Source: a virus
Lineage: Duplodnaviria > Caudoviricetes
Strand: one strand, 5' to 3'
DNA: 54,633 nucleotides
IMG/VR virus record: IMGVR_UViG_3300046171_000030
Location: 1 to 54,633 of that record
Shown here: positions 20,801-30,482 of the stretch, one piece after another
Layout: each line of letters opens with the position of its first letter
How positions within the stretch are numbered: the stretch's first letter is position 1
Program-made: the position numbers and the translations under genes
The notes under the pieces: model-generated
What the model was told of the DNA's origin: nothing
Database searches by the model: none
The model's input: the letters and a program-made list of their open reading frames with translations, nothing else

Positions 20801-21196
20801 GATCGCGTAAATGCATTGGCAATTGCTGAATTAGATGCGACCACACGTCAACAAATAGCAGATGAACAATCACAAACTGCAGCAGGTAATGCCGTAGGAT
20901 CATTAATTAGTACAATTGCCGGATCATATTTCTTTGGTATGTGTTGGGTAGCACGTGAAGTATATGGCAAACAAGATGTTCGTTGGTTGATATTCCGCAC
21001 TTGGCTAAAATATGAAGCACCTAAATGGTTAAACAAACTATATGAAAAACATGGTGAAAATTTTGCAGAGTTTATTAGTGACAAACCAGCACTTAAATGG
21101 GTTGTACGTAAGTTGATGGATAAGGTTGTAGCCAATAAAAAACCCTTGACTTTTAATACAGAATATGTAAAACTAATAAACACGAAAGAGGTATAA
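17885..21196 (+). CDS. Internal virion (ejection) protein, Q/A/N-rich, with C-terminal CWVAREVYG domain
   Basis: 1103 aa; AQFNA/NLSNRQQ repeats; xxGG motifs; position among internal virion genes. Confidence 0.7.
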   Translation: MAMFKAFKPSGMEKIARSMGYQGNMQGFQDYLATNPAQQQQMELYTNKAMQMAKGGYAKNKKVKYFKNGGGTEGDGPTDAAKHYFIPDPSDHKESIRIRVGSRQDTAEARSRTGYSEDTALAFKQLKPYEVRVAEYEAQKKQGQEDLLAQQQKDYDAAMQRRKEEEERQKQINDPSKMVAKGIYKENPRPDIIRMNPAVEAPDGFQYAYNETGERITVPIDFGGWTSISDSNRQQQKPAITPEQQQQQYSQQVAAQMQNRMGGRYVPDGPQYVMVGNPPATIPNDPLNPKFDGRYVPDGRQNLIVGHLPATIPNDPLNPEPATYKPSLPPIYQAPYLSGTRFTPVGQYVQDPNTGQPVAQAYTPLNQGYGAAATNFQQQIQGGYGTNTTNTDISETTLTQNRGGYVEPQKFAVGGSVTNPAGTQAGTPVYTGASPTQYTTTPATYYQPGDDIPEGKKAGDEKTPEVKNAVPGVAQFSVEQMYNPALPVGGVTIAAQTQTDPRQNIATGTGELTGQVSVPTATATTAQAQGITPTDANVMQAAQAAPGVDSAMNATQAAQANPQDPRAQITAAQQTASSVGNLQAAQGNASLINNPVQRQIQSGELISGVADAQVASQFTEQIQAAQATPSQQATVQGQLSNLMQQFQGGNTPAWAAGAMRSVTSAMAARGLSASSLAGQAMVQAAMESALPIAQADAQTQAQFEGQNLSNRQQRAMLAAQQRAQFMGQEFDQAFQSRVQNSARIGDIANMNFTAEQQVQLENSRAVNTMNLNNLSNSQAMVMAEAAALAQLDTANLSNRQQSAVQNAQNFLSADMANLSNRQQTELFKAQQRVQSLFTDQAATNAAAQFNATSQNQVDQFFASLGSQVSQFNATQQNAQAQFNAGQTNTVNRFNAELNNQRDQFNAQNQLVIAQSNAQWRRQIATADTAAVNRANELNANAVLDISKNAYDNLWTFYGDTMEWAWKSAENQIDRVNALAIAELDATTRQQIADEQSQTAAGNAVGSLISTIAGSYFFGMCWVAREVYGKQDVRWLIFRTWLKYEAPKWLNKLYEKHGENFAEFISDKPALKWVVRKLMDKVVANKKPLTFNTEYVKLINTKEV
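18670..18841 (+). repeat. In-frame 90-bp tandem duplication (GRYVPDG...PATIPNDPLNP x2)
   Basis: 18670-18751 and 18760-18841 identical except 7 clustered mismatches. Confidence 0.9.
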
Positions 21197-21198
21197 TT

Positions 21199-21420
21199 AT
21201 GTCAAGACAATTTAACGCTTCTCTAGCATCCTATAATAAACTAATTCGTATGATGGATGAAATACCAGCAGAAAAGCAGCCCGCAAAAAGTATAGGTCTA
21301 TTGTCACCATCACGTAGTAAAAGTGATACTAATAAAAAAGATATGTCACAACCTATAAATCGTATAATTAAACATTTTAATACTATCAAGAGTAAAAGGG
21401 GTGAATTAAATGGTTCTTGA
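21199..21420 (+). CDS. Hypothetical protein
   Basis: 73 aa, GAGG RBS, operon spacing. Confidence 0.55.
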   Translation: MSRQFNASLASYNKLIRMMDEIPAEKQPAKSIGLLSPSRSKSDTNKKDMSQPINRIIKHFNTIKSKRGELNGS

Positions 21421-21919
21421 AGATGTAACCTCAATGTTTGACGCACCTATACCGGGTGAATCATTAACAATTGAACTTGGTTCACGCCCGTGGCAACAAG
21501 CGTCTGAAATGTCTACAGTTGATGAGGCCATTGAATATTATATGGAACGGCTGTCAACTGATGAATTTATGAACCAGTTGATGGATGTGCTTGAGTTAGG
21601 TGTACCAATCACTAGTATTGTCAATACTATGCAACTTAACTCCGTGATGGAAGGTGTCCATTCTGTAGATGTAGGTGTACTGGTTTCTCCGCTTCTTGTT
21701 GAAATGATTATGTATATGGCTGACATGGCAAAAGTTGAATACGTTTCAGGTTTGGAAAAGCCGGATACTAGTGATAAACTTGCGCCAACTAAAGTTGCAA
21801 AAATGATGAGTAAGTTTAAACAAGAAGTTGAAGATGTTGACATACAAGAGGAGTCTTCTGTAGAAACTCAAGAAGAAGAAACAGAAGAGCCTAAAGGTCT
21901 TATGGCACGGAGAAAATAA
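21410..21919 (+). CDS. Putative virion protein
   Basis: 169 aa; DAPIPGESLT..GSRPWQ start, KGLMARR end. Confidence 0.6.
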   Translation: MVLEDVTSMFDAPIPGESLTIELGSRPWQQASEMSTVDEAIEYYMERLSTDEFMNQLMDVLELGVPITSIVNTMQLNSVMEGVHSVDVGVLVSPLLVEMIMYMADMAKVEYVSGLEKPDTSDKLAPTKVAKMMSKFKQEVEDVDIQEESSVETQEEETEEPKGLMARRK

Positions 21920-22998
21920 TGGGATTTGGAACTGGATTAGCAGCTGGCCTAGCATCTGGGTTTGAAAAAGTAGTAGAAAGAAATCAGGATAGTATTCGTG
22001 ATAGCATGTCACGTGCCGAAAAGTATATGTATGAAAGATATGGTCAAGAGCAAGCTGCTGAAAGAGAAAAAATAGAAAAAGCAGAAGAGGCCGTTAAGCG
22101 TCTTGCTAAGTATGTTGATGTAGAAAATTTACCAGAAGGCGTAAGACCAGAAGATGTTGCGTCTGCTTGGTTTGTAAAATCTGGTGGTAGTATTTCTGAA
22201 GCAGAAAAGATGGCAGATCGTCTTAGTGATGCTGAAAGTTATCTGGGTGCGGATGCAGCAAAGCTAACATTTGCTAAAGCACGTAACACTGGAATGACTG
22301 TTCGTGAGATGGTTAAATCTACTATCCGTCCACCTGATCTGGATTATATCCGTGGTCCACAGAAAACTATGAAGAGTTTGTTTGGTGAGGTTGATATTAC
22401 TGCCGAAGCACAAAAACGTGCAGGCGTTCCAACTGATGTGCAAACTAGAACAGCATTTGATACAGAAGGCTTTGAAGGTCTTGGTATTAAAGGTAAGTTT
22501 TATGATGTCACTGAGTATCAAACAAAACAGAAAAAAGATACAGTTGCGCTTGAGGCAGCGGAACTTGCTAACCAGCAAACTAAAAAAGAAATAGGTGAAA
22601 TTAACACATTTGATGATAATCAAATACAAGAATTTTTTGATAGGTCTAACAAAACAGCAGCAAGTATAACAGGCAATATTAATTCTGTAACTGGTGAGCC
22701 TGAGTTTAAAGGTACAGCAGACGCATATTCTCAAGGAAGAACCGTATACGAAAAAACACTTCAAAATTTAACTAAAGAAATGCTTAGAACAAATTCGTTT
22801 GGGGTTAAAACTAACGATTCTACTTTTAGAGGGGTGGCGCAACAAGTGCTTCCTTTTTATCCGGGAGGTTTTGCACCAAAGGGTAACCCCGGAGAAATGG
22901 ATATAGGTAAAGTGTATACTTTACCAAAAGAAGACGGTAGTGGTCCTAGAACTATACTATGGTTAGGTAGTGAAGATAACATTTTTGAGATAAATTAA
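21919..22998 (+). CDS. Putative internal virion protein
   Basis: 359 aa; MGFGTGLAAGLASGF N-terminus; TAATG coupling. Confidence 0.6.
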   Translation: MGFGTGLAAGLASGFEKVVERNQDSIRDSMSRAEKYMYERYGQEQAAEREKIEKAEEAVKRLAKYVDVENLPEGVRPEDVASAWFVKSGGSISEAEKMADRLSDAESYLGADAAKLTFAKARNTGMTVREMVKSTIRPPDLDYIRGPQKTMKSLFGEVDITAEAQKRAGVPTDVQTRTAFDTEGFEGLGIKGKFYDVTEYQTKQKKDTVALEAAELANQQTKKEIGEINTFDDNQIQEFFDRSNKTAASITGNINSVTGEPEFKGTADAYSQGRTVYEKTLQNLTKEMLRTNSFGVKTNDSTFRGVAQQVLPFYPGGFAPKGNPGEMDIGKVYTLPKEDGSGPRTILWLGSEDNIFEIN

Positions 22999-22999
22999 A

Positions 23000-25900
23000 A
23001 TGGCATTAAATTATTACACACAACAAGAGTATGATGCTTTATCTACTGATGTTACTCCACCTGCTGCTGTTGAACCAGCGCAGGAAACGCCACAAGTAGA
23101 TAAACCAAAACTTCAATATTATACTGAGGAAGAGTTTACAAATCTAGGTGGTGTATCTACACAAACTGTACAAGAACCTATTATATCGACAGAAGAACGC
23201 CTTGCACAAGAGCCTGTAGAACCTAGTGAGCCTCGTTCCAGAAAAGAGATGGAACAGGACGAAGAACTCATGTCTGACATAAAGCAGCATCTAAAAGATC
23301 GTTATGACATTGATGCTGATGAACGTATTCCTGATTTCTTCACTGGCTACCTTTTTGGTGGAGATGAAGTAAATAACGAAGAAATACTTGAACAGTATAT
23401 GGATCGTTGGCGTATGATGACTGGCAACACTATGGATGCTGGTTTTGAAATCTCATGGTTAAGCGATCTTGAAGATAAAGAAAATGCTGCAAGAAAAGCT
23501 GCTGAAGCTGGTGATGATAAAGCAGCAGAACAAGCAAATCAATACGCCGAACAACGGGCCAGAGCATTACGTGTGTACCAACGTGCAGACGAAATGGCTG
23601 GCCTTTTTGGTTCTAAGCGTTATGAAGGTATGTCAACTCTAGAAGCGATTGGTGAAATAGGTGAAACCGTAGGCGTTAATGTTGTCGCTGCTGTATCTGA
23701 TCCTGTATTTGCAGCTACAGCTTTTGCTGGTAAAATTGTTGGTCTTGGTGCGTCTGCATCTGGTGCAAGTCTTAAACAAGCTATCTTGAAAGCTGCAGGA
23801 ACAGGTGCTGCATTAGAGGCTGTTGCCTCTGCAGGTACTGATGTAATGGTACAGCAAATGGAAATTGAAATGGGTGCTAGGGATAGCATTGATTACAAGA
23901 GAACTGCTGCAGTAGCTAGTATTGCTGCTACAACTGCAGGTGTAGTATCTGGTGTAGCAACTAGAAATGCAACCACACGTGTGGACAAAGTAACTCGTGG
24001 TGAACTTACAGAAGCACTTAAAACTCAAAAAGAGGCACAGTTAAAAGTAGCTAAAGAAACACAGAAGAAACTTAGACAAACTTCAACGGATATTCGTGAG
24101 CAGCTTGCCGCATCTATTGAGGAAACTTATGGTAAGGAAGCTATCATTAGACACTCTAATGGTAATGTAAAAGAACTTAACTCAAAGTTTATTCGCGAAT
24201 CGGAAGACGCTAATGGTTTGTACAAACAAATAGAAGTAGATGATCCAGACTTTATTGATCCAGCTATGAGTGTAAATACATTTGAGCGTGTAGTTGCGTC
24301 TACTGCTGAATTATTCGATGGGGTAAAAAAAGGTACAATTAAACTAACAGATGAGATTACAGGTGAGCCACTAAATAAGAAACAGCTTAGTGCTTTAACA
24401 TCTAAATTACAGCCGGGTGAAATGGTAAGTGAACGTATGCTTACTATTCTAAAGAATACAGCCGACAGTGAATCAAACGACATAGTTGTACAAATGCTAG
24501 GTAAGTATGGCATTACTCGCAGAGAAATAGCTGCTGTAATGTTTGCTGACGCAAGTAAAGCGGGTCAGAAACTTAATCGTTTGTCACAGCTTAGTCGTGT
24601 CATTGGACGTGCTGGTAGAATTAAAACTGCAGGTGAAGTAGCAGAAGATGCAGAAGCCGCTGTTACAGATAAGCTAGGTTCCACGTTTCGTAGACTGGAA
24701 GACCTTCGCCGCTTGACACTTGTTAGTGGTGTGGCTACCGCTGCACGAAATTCTATAGGACAAGTAATTCGTTCTGGTGTAGACACTCTTGTTTATGGAT
24801 TTGAAAGTGCAATTAACCCGAATAAAAAGTTCGGCTTTAAAAATACTTTTGCGCAAGTATCTAATACATTTTTTAATTCTGATGATTCTGCTACTATGGC
24901 TCAGTTCTTACTTGATCATGCGCCAGAGCAGAAAGCAAGATTTTATAATATGTATTCTGAAATCACAAACAAGCTTGCTAAAAAGAATCCCGGTCAAGCG
25001 TCTATGGCTTCTAAATCCAATGGTCTGCAAAGTGAATCACCTATACTTGATACTTGGGAAAACACAATCACAACATTAAACTTTTTTAACAGGTTTCAAG
25101 AAGCTGTATATCGTAACGGTGCATTTACTACGTCAATACAACGTCAACTCTTTGATAAGGGTGTAGACATGCTTGATGTGCTAAAGAATGGTACGATTAC
25201 AGAAAACATTCCAGAAGACATGATTGCGAAAGCAGTAGATGATGCTCTTGAGTTTACTTATGCAAGTCAACCTAAAACTGGATTATTTCAATTAGCTAAT
25301 AACTTTATTGTTAAATCAGGCTTGACATTAGCAATGCCATTCCCACGTTTTATGTTTAAAGCGATTGAAAACACATATAACTACAATATTACAGGTGCAG
25401 GAACTGCGATAACACGTATGTTACTCCAAAAGTCACGTGGTCAACAAGTAACTGATGGTATGTATCGTCAGCTTGCAGAAGGTGTTGCTGGCGGAATACC
25501 TATGATTACTCTTGGTTATACGCTACGTGATCCAGAAAATGGTATGGCTGGTTCTGATTGGTATATGTTACAGGATGGTAAAGGTAATGAGTTTGATGCA
25601 CGTCCATACTTTCCGCTTACTCCCTACCTTTTAATTGGTGAAGTTATTCACAGGTATACGGATGACAGACCTATACCAGATAAAATCAATACACAGGAAT
25701 TATTAGAAGGATTCACTGGTACTAACTTCCGTGGTGCTGGGCCAATAGCTAAGATGACTGAAGATTTATTCAAAGCCATTGAAACAGGCGGTGATGATAT
25801 GGGCTTTAAGTATAGCATGGCTACACTAGGTGAGTATCTAGGTGAGGCAATCAGTGGATACGGACAGCCGTTATATCAATTTGCAGACGTAGAAGTATTC

Positions 25901-26587
25901 GGTGATATGAATCAGCGTAAAAAAGATTACAATGAAGACCCAGACTATAAAGATGGCGTTGATGGTTTCTTTGAAGGCTTCTCAAGACCCTTTGAGAAAC
26001 GTATTGGACGTATCTTTGAAAATTATAGTGATATGATGTCAGATAAACCAGATATGGCTGATCCACGTTTTTCCGATCCACAGAATCGTGTAATGCCATT
26101 TATGAAACTAATGTTTGGTGCCACATTCACCCGTGTACCACCTAAATATGTACTGGATTTAAACCGCATGGGTTTATCCTACCGTGACTTTATGACTAGT
26201 ACAGATACGCCATCACTTAATCGTAATATGAATAGGGAAATGGGCTACATGATGAACATGGAGATGCCAGAGTATTTGAAAACTCTTCGTGAAGAGTACA
26301 AAGATCAGCCAGATACAGAACAGATGGTAGCTAACGGTGTAAAGCAGTATATAAGTAGCACTAAATCTCTACTGTATAAGTTTGAACAAACTAAAGATGA
26401 TCAAAGTGGTAAAGCCGCACTTATGAATAAATATAAAAGAATGTCGCCCTACTCACGTATCGCAGCAATGCAACAGTATAAGAAAAGATTTGGAGATGAA
26501 GAGCCAACTACAGTTGAAGACTGGATGGAACTAAATAATATGGCTGCACAAGTAAGAACAAATGTAAAGTCAATAATAGGAAGATAA
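23000..26587 (+). CDS. Large internal virion (ejection) protein
   Basis: 1195 aa, last gene of the structural module; Ala/Gly hydrophobic segments. Confidence 0.65.
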   Translation: MALNYYTQQEYDALSTDVTPPAAVEPAQETPQVDKPKLQYYTEEEFTNLGGVSTQTVQEPIISTEERLAQEPVEPSEPRSRKEMEQDEELMSDIKQHLKDRYDIDADERIPDFFTGYLFGGDEVNNEEILEQYMDRWRMMTGNTMDAGFEISWLSDLEDKENAARKAAEAGDDKAAEQANQYAEQRARALRVYQRADEMAGLFGSKRYEGMSTLEAIGEIGETVGVNVVAAVSDPVFAATAFAGKIVGLGASASGASLKQAILKAAGTGAALEAVASAGTDVMVQQMEIEMGARDSIDYKRTAAVASIAATTAGVVSGVATRNATTRVDKVTRGELTEALKTQKEAQLKVAKETQKKLRQTSTDIREQLAASIEETYGKEAIIRHSNGNVKELNSKFIRESEDANGLYKQIEVDDPDFIDPAMSVNTFERVVASTAELFDGVKKGTIKLTDEITGEPLNKKQLSALTSKLQPGEMVSERMLTILKNTADSESNDIVVQMLGKYGITRREIAAVMFADASKAGQKLNRLSQLSRVIGRAGRIKTAGEVAEDAEAAVTDKLGSTFRRLEDLRRLTLVSGVATAARNSIGQVIRSGVDTLVYGFESAINPNKKFGFKNTFAQVSNTFFNSDDSATMAQFLLDHAPEQKARFYNMYSEITNKLAKKNPGQASMASKSNGLQSESPILDTWENTITTLNFFNRFQEAVYRNGAFTTSIQRQLFDKGVDMLDVLKNGTITENIPEDMIAKAVDDALEFTYASQPKTGLFQLANNFIVKSGLTLAMPFPRFMFKAIENTYNYNITGAGTAITRMLLQKSRGQQVTDGMYRQLAEGVAGGIPMITLGYTLRDPENGMAGSDWYMLQDGKGNEFDARPYFPLTPYLLIGEVIHRYTDDRPIPDKINTQELLEGFTGTNFRGAGPIAKMTEDLFKAIETGGDDMGFKYSMATLGEYLGEAISGYGQPLYQFADVEVFGDMNQRKKDYNEDPDYKDGVDGFFEGFSRPFEKRIGRIFENYSDMMSDKPDMADPRFSDPQNRVMPFMKLMFGATFTRVPPKYVLDLNRMGLSYRDFMTSTDTPSLNRNMNREMGYMMNMEMPEYLKTLREEYKDQPDTEQMVANGVKQYISSTKSLLYKFEQTKDDQSGKAALMNKYKRMSPYSRIAAMQQYKKRFGDEEPTTVEDWMELNNMAAQVRTNVKSIIGR

Positions 26588-26589
26588 GT

Positions 26590-26618
26590 AAAAAAGGGGG
26601 CAATTAAGCCCCCTCTTT
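26590..26618. terminator. Bidirectional rho-independent terminator between convergent modules
   Basis: AAAAA-AGGGGGC-AATTAA-GCCCCCT-CTTT. Confidence 0.85.
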
Positions 26619-26657
26619 CATAACAGATTAGTAACCCATATCATGACAAAACTATTA

Positions 26658-27032
26658 CTACCTGTTATCCCCACTACCACCTAGCTTACCTCTGGCTTGT
26701 CTATCTGCCAGCTTCTCAATATTATCTTCCATAACCTTGCCTAGATTAACACCTAGTTCTCGTGACAGTACAGCTATGTACCAGCATACGTCACCTAGTT
26801 CCTTTGTAATCTCTGCACGTTTAGCTGGGTTATCACCATCACGTATTAGCTTCTTAGCCTTGTTAGCAATCTCACCTGCCTCACCCGCCAGTCCTAACGT
26901 CAAGTACGCTAGGGCTGTTTCTTTTGGAAAGATAGCTGTGCTACAAGCTTTGTGTTGGTAGTCTGCTGCTGTAATGCTACTCATTTGTTTCTCCTTCATC
27001 CACTGTTTAACTTCCTGCTCTAGCTTTTTCAT
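26658..27032 (-). CDS. mazG: MazG-like nucleotide pyrophosphohydrolase
   Basis: GLAGEAGE and KELGDVCWY motifs. Confidence 0.88.
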   Translation of the reverse strand: MKKLEQEVKQWMKEKQMSSITAADYQHKACSTAIFPKETALAYLTLGLAGEAGEIANKAKKLIRDGDNPAKRAEITKELGDVCWYIAVLSRELGVNLGKVMEDNIEKLADRQARGKLGGSGDNR

Positions 27033-27222
27033 TACGTTGTACCTTCTGTAGATTCACATGATAGGCAGTGTTCCAACCTCTATGCCACTCCCTTGCTTGC
27101 ATTGTATTTGAATCAATTGGGCAGGTCAGTCTACCTTTCCTAAAGGCTTCCTGACCCCACTCAAATTGAATACGTAATGGTGCATCATACTTACTCAGTC
27201 CATTACGCCGCACTGTCTTCAC
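27007..27222 (-). CDS. Hypothetical protein
   Basis: 71 aa; G.EAF..G...CP and EW.RGW pattern. Confidence 0.55.
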   Translation of the reverse strand: MKTVRRNGLSKYDAPLRIQFEWGQEAFRKGRLTCPIDSNTMQAREWHRGWNTAYHVNLQKVQRNEKARAGS

Positions 27223-27439
27223 CTTCTTCTGTTTTTGGTTCAGTCACAGAAGCTACCAGCATCTTAGTGAAAGCATCTTGTGCTACAACAAGTTGATCTA
27301 GGTCAAACCTAGCCTGTGCAGTCTTGCTGTTCAATGAAGCAACGTGATTAACCATAGCCTTCTGGTTATCTTCTAGTTCTTCAAAGTCGTACTCTTTACC
27401 ATCAATGGTAATCATTCGGTTATCATCATTCATTTTCAT
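27203..27439 (-). CDS. Hypothetical protein (ITIDGKEY, coiled coil)
   Basis: 78 aa with AAGGAG RBS. Confidence 0.6.
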   Translation of the reverse strand: MKMNDDNRMITIDGKEYDFEELEDNQKAMVNHVASLNSKTAQARFDLDQLVVAQDAFTKMLVASVTEPKTEEGEDSAA

Positions 27440-27728
27440 TCTCCTTTTCTTTCTGTTTAAGTTTGTGCGCTTTACCCACTGATATATTATATTTATCAGA
27501 TAGTTTACGAATAGTCAATCCTTTTTTTACATCTTTGTAAAAACTTTTAGTGTTTATTTTAATTTCCGGCCTACCTTGTTTAACTTTGTTATGTCGTTTT
27601 TTAGGCAATACATATTGTTTTTTAAACCTATGCTTAAAGAACACGATAACATTAATTACTGTGTTGACAGTGATGGCTGTTAATAACCACCACTGCCACC
27701 AATTAGGCCAATTTGTACTGTCTATCAT
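27426..27728 (-). CDS. Membrane-anchored protein with C-terminal HTH-like segment
   Basis: WWQWWLLTAITVNTVINVIVFF helix; GLTIRKLSDKYNISVGKAHKL. Confidence 0.5.
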   Translation of the reverse strand: MIDSTNWPNWWQWWLLTAITVNTVINVIVFFKHRFKKQYVLPKKRHNKVKQGRPEIKINTKSFYKDVKKGLTIRKLSDKYNISVGKAHKLKQKEKENENE

Positions 27729-29656
27729 GCTGCTGCGATGTCAACTATTTCACACACCCCTGCAGTACAGGCTAACTCACGCCCACCTGAAGTGGTGTCC
27801 TCTTTTTCAAAGTCACTCAGCTTAGACCAGTCAACCTTCTTAGGCATCTTCTTCTTGAACTCAGCGTACTGTTCAGCATCAATGTCCTGATACGGTGCTT
27901 GCTGGTATGTGTGTTCACTGAATGGTAGGAAGCTGATGCCACTCACCTCATCAAAATGTTCGTACACCCAAGCACCTACATCCATCCACTCATTCTCTTT
28001 GACTGAGATAGTGACTGAAGGTTTGTGTTCACACCAGTGACGCTGATAAGTGAGCCACAGTTTAAGCTGTTCAATGGCAGTCATTGCAGTACGTGTTACT
28101 GCACCTTTAGGTGACTTCATCGGGAAGCTAAACACTGTAGTGCTATCAGGCTTCATTACGTCAGGCTCCGCTGGGATACCTTCAGCAACCAAGAACTGTG
28201 TCAGTGGGTCTTTGTTGTCGCCACGTACTGTACGGATGTAGTACGGATTGTGACGTGCATGAATACCACTGGCTGCATCAGTAAGCTGCGACACAGTACC
28301 ACTAGGCTTGACACAAGTGACAGCAGTAGACTGTGGTATTTTAAGCTGCTTAGATATAGCTTCGTTAACAATCACTGCCTCTGCACGTAATATTTCAAGT
28401 GCAGTTTCTAGCTTACCACCTGAAGTAGCAGTCAAGGAATTGTCCATGATGCCTGTCAGTGACACGCCCAACAACCGTTCTTCTTCAGTATTCTTCTGCC
28501 AAATCTTACGCAGATACTTGAAGTTAGTTAGTGTTGCTTGGAATGTACCCAAGATTGTAGCCAATCGTACCTTCTCTTTTAGTGTAGCAAGAGTATCTGA
28601 CTCACGTACTACTACCTCAGACAAGTTACAGAACTGGTACGGACGCAAGATAATTTCACTGCAAGGGTTGCAACCAAAATCATGTTCTGTTTCACGTCTA
28701 CCATTCTTTTCAGCCTGCTTCTTAGCTGACTGCCTGTTGAAGATGCCACGCTCACCTGACTTGCTGTCGTACAACGATAGCCACTCACGCATGAATGTAC
28801 CCATCTCAGGCTTAGTCTTGTATGCCACAGAGTTATTAGCCAATGCACGTTGACCTTCATTCTCCCACCACTGACCTGACTTGGCATGTGCCATCTGGTC
28901 ATCGTTAAGATTAGACAATGAAATCAATGCACTACGGCGTACACCACCGACAACTACAACCTCACCAATCTTACACATGATGTCGTGACACTCGATTGGA
29001 TACAGCCTACGTCCAGCAGCACCCTTGAACTTTTGAATACAGAACTCAAACAATTCAATAAGGGGCTGTGGACCTGATGCACGACCACCAAATGTTTTTA
29101 GCCGTGCGCCAGCAGGACGTACTTCGCTGACATCGAACTTAGGTACTTGTCCACTGTACAACATAGCAATCAGTTCTTTGAGTGACTTAGCCCAACCCGG
29201 ACGTGAATCACCTACCTTAATTACTGTGTCTGTATCGTGAAACTCTTCACTAACCATAGGTAGCTTCTCAATACAGTGACGCTCAACGCTGAAACCAACG
29301 CCAGTGCCACACATTAAGATGTACATAGACTCGTCAAAGGCACGAGGGCTATCTACAGGTACGTATGAACAGTTGTATCCACCTACGTGACAACGATCCA
29401 GTGCTGGCCCAGCAGTCATCAATGCCCTCATTGAAGGCATGATAGACTGGTTGAGTACAGCTTCTTCCAGTTCACCTCTTAGTGAGTCTGGTAGCTTATA
29501 ACCATTGTTACTTAGTAGATGCTTAGACATGTAGTCAAAGTATCGTTGTACAGTTTCACTCCAAGTTTCTCTTCGCTGCTCATCTTCTTTCCATCGTGCA
29601 TAACGTGAAAGTGCTATAAAGTTTTGGTAGTCTGTTGGTAATTGATTGCTTATCAT
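27725..29656 (-). CDS. nrdJ: Class II (adenosylcobalamin-dependent) ribonucleotide reductase
   Basis: YNCS, GGVRRSA, NPCSEI, VKPSGT, C-terminal CTAGVC; no nrdB gene in window. Confidence 0.92.
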   Translation of the reverse strand: MISNQLPTDYQNFIALSRYARWKEDEQRRETWSETVQRYFDYMSKHLLSNNGYKLPDSLRGELEEAVLNQSIMPSMRALMTAGPALDRCHVGGYNCSYVPVDSPRAFDESMYILMCGTGVGFSVERHCIEKLPMVSEEFHDTDTVIKVGDSRPGWAKSLKELIAMLYSGQVPKFDVSEVRPAGARLKTFGGRASGPQPLIELFEFCIQKFKGAAGRRLYPIECHDIMCKIGEVVVVGGVRRSALISLSNLNDDQMAHAKSGQWWENEGQRALANNSVAYKTKPEMGTFMREWLSLYDSKSGERGIFNRQSAKKQAEKNGRRETEHDFGCNPCSEIILRPYQFCNLSEVVVRESDTLATLKEKVRLATILGTFQATLTNFKYLRKIWQKNTEEERLLGVSLTGIMDNSLTATSGGKLETALEILRAEAVIVNEAISKQLKIPQSTAVTCVKPSGTVSQLTDAASGIHARHNPYYIRTVRGDNKDPLTQFLVAEGIPAEPDVMKPDSTTVFSFPMKSPKGAVTRTAMTAIEQLKLWLTYQRHWCEHKPSVTISVKENEWMDVGAWVYEHFDEVSGISFLPFSEHTYQQAPYQDIDAEQYAEFKKKMPKKVDWSKLSDFEKEDTTSGGRELACTAGVCEIVDIAAA

Positions 29657-29661
29657 GTTGG

Positions 29662-29823
29662 TTACTCCGTAATTGTTTTCATGTTTCTAATAGTAGCACC
29701 TTCTATATCATAGAAATATTCTTGGATGCTCTCTTCTAGTTCCTCTCCAACCATTCCATCGGCAGGTACAGGATACTCCTCATCATCAATGTCAATAGTA
29801 ATAAACATCTTAACTCTTATCAC
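29662..29823 (-). CDS. Small acidic protein missing from ORF track (53 aa)
   Basis: GTG start, fills gap: IRVKMFITIDIDDEEYPVPADG... Confidence 0.6.
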   Translation of the reverse strand: MIRVKMFITIDIDDEEYPVPADGMVGEELEESIQEYFYDIEGATIRNMKTITE

Positions 29824-30112
29824 TTGCCATTACCTCTTCAATTAACTTATCCAAGTACCACTTGGCTTTTTGCAAATCCTCTAACGGTTTATCCTTGTAA
29901 TCAAAACGCCAGAGATATTTCATAATGTTACCCTGTAGGTAGTATTTAAAACCTGTATCAGTAGCTGCAGATATAGCGTGAATACACTCAATACCTGTTT
30001 GATTATAATGTGGTGGGCTATTAACCATATCTACTTTCTTATCAGGCCATGCAGTTTTACCTACTTTTTCTTGTTCCATCATCAGTTTCATATATTGTTC
30101 GTGTCTACTCAT
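29810..30112 (-). CDS. DUF3310 / T7 gp1.7-like nucleotide kinase
   Basis: VNSPPHY, GNIMKYLWR, EDLQKAKWYL. Confidence 0.8.
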   Translation of the reverse strand: MSRHEQYMKLMMEQEKVGKTAWPDKKVDMVNSPPHYNQTGIECIHAISAATDTGFKYYLQGNIMKYLWRFDYKDKPLEDLQKAKWYLDKLIEEVMASDKS

Positions 30113-30480
30113 GCTGAACCCCCTGTCTTTGTGTTAAAGTGTAGGTGTATTACGTTACCATCATAAGTCTTTTCTACACCTGCTTCTTCCTCTAGTTCTA
30201 CATCAATATCCATCTCCGTGTCAATAACTTTTGACACATATTCATGTACAATATTGCGTAGTTCTTCCACCTCTTCCATAACAGGTACGGAAGCACACAT
30301 CATTTTAGTAAAGTGCATGATCTGATAATAGTCCTCATCATCCATAGGATTGTCAGGCATAGCCATAATAGATATATCAACCTCACCTGACCACCTACCT
30401 TCGTCATTAGCAAATGGCCTGACACGGATAAGGAAATCTTCCTCGTTTACTTCTTCAGCTAGTTTCTCCATCATATTCAT
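30109..30480 (-). CDS. Hypothetical acidic protein
   Basis: 123 aa, GGAG RBS, NVIHLHF C-terminus. Confidence 0.6.
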   Translation of the reverse strand: MNMMEKLAEEVNEEDFLIRVRPFANDEGRWSGEVDISIMAMPDNPMDDEDYYQIMHFTKMMCASVPVMEEVEELRNIVHEYVSKVIDTEMDIDVELEEEAGVEKTYDGNVIHLHFNTKTGGSA

Positions 30481-30482
30481 AG

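Noticed and set aside
419-26099. Numerous antisense and alternate-frame ORFs in the track
   Set aside because: Fully overlap well-supported genes, lack RBS and motifs; shadow ORFs
23000-26587. Virion RNA polymerase recognising hairpin promoters
   Set aside because: No recognisable single-subunit RNAP motifs; much shorter than N4 vRNAP
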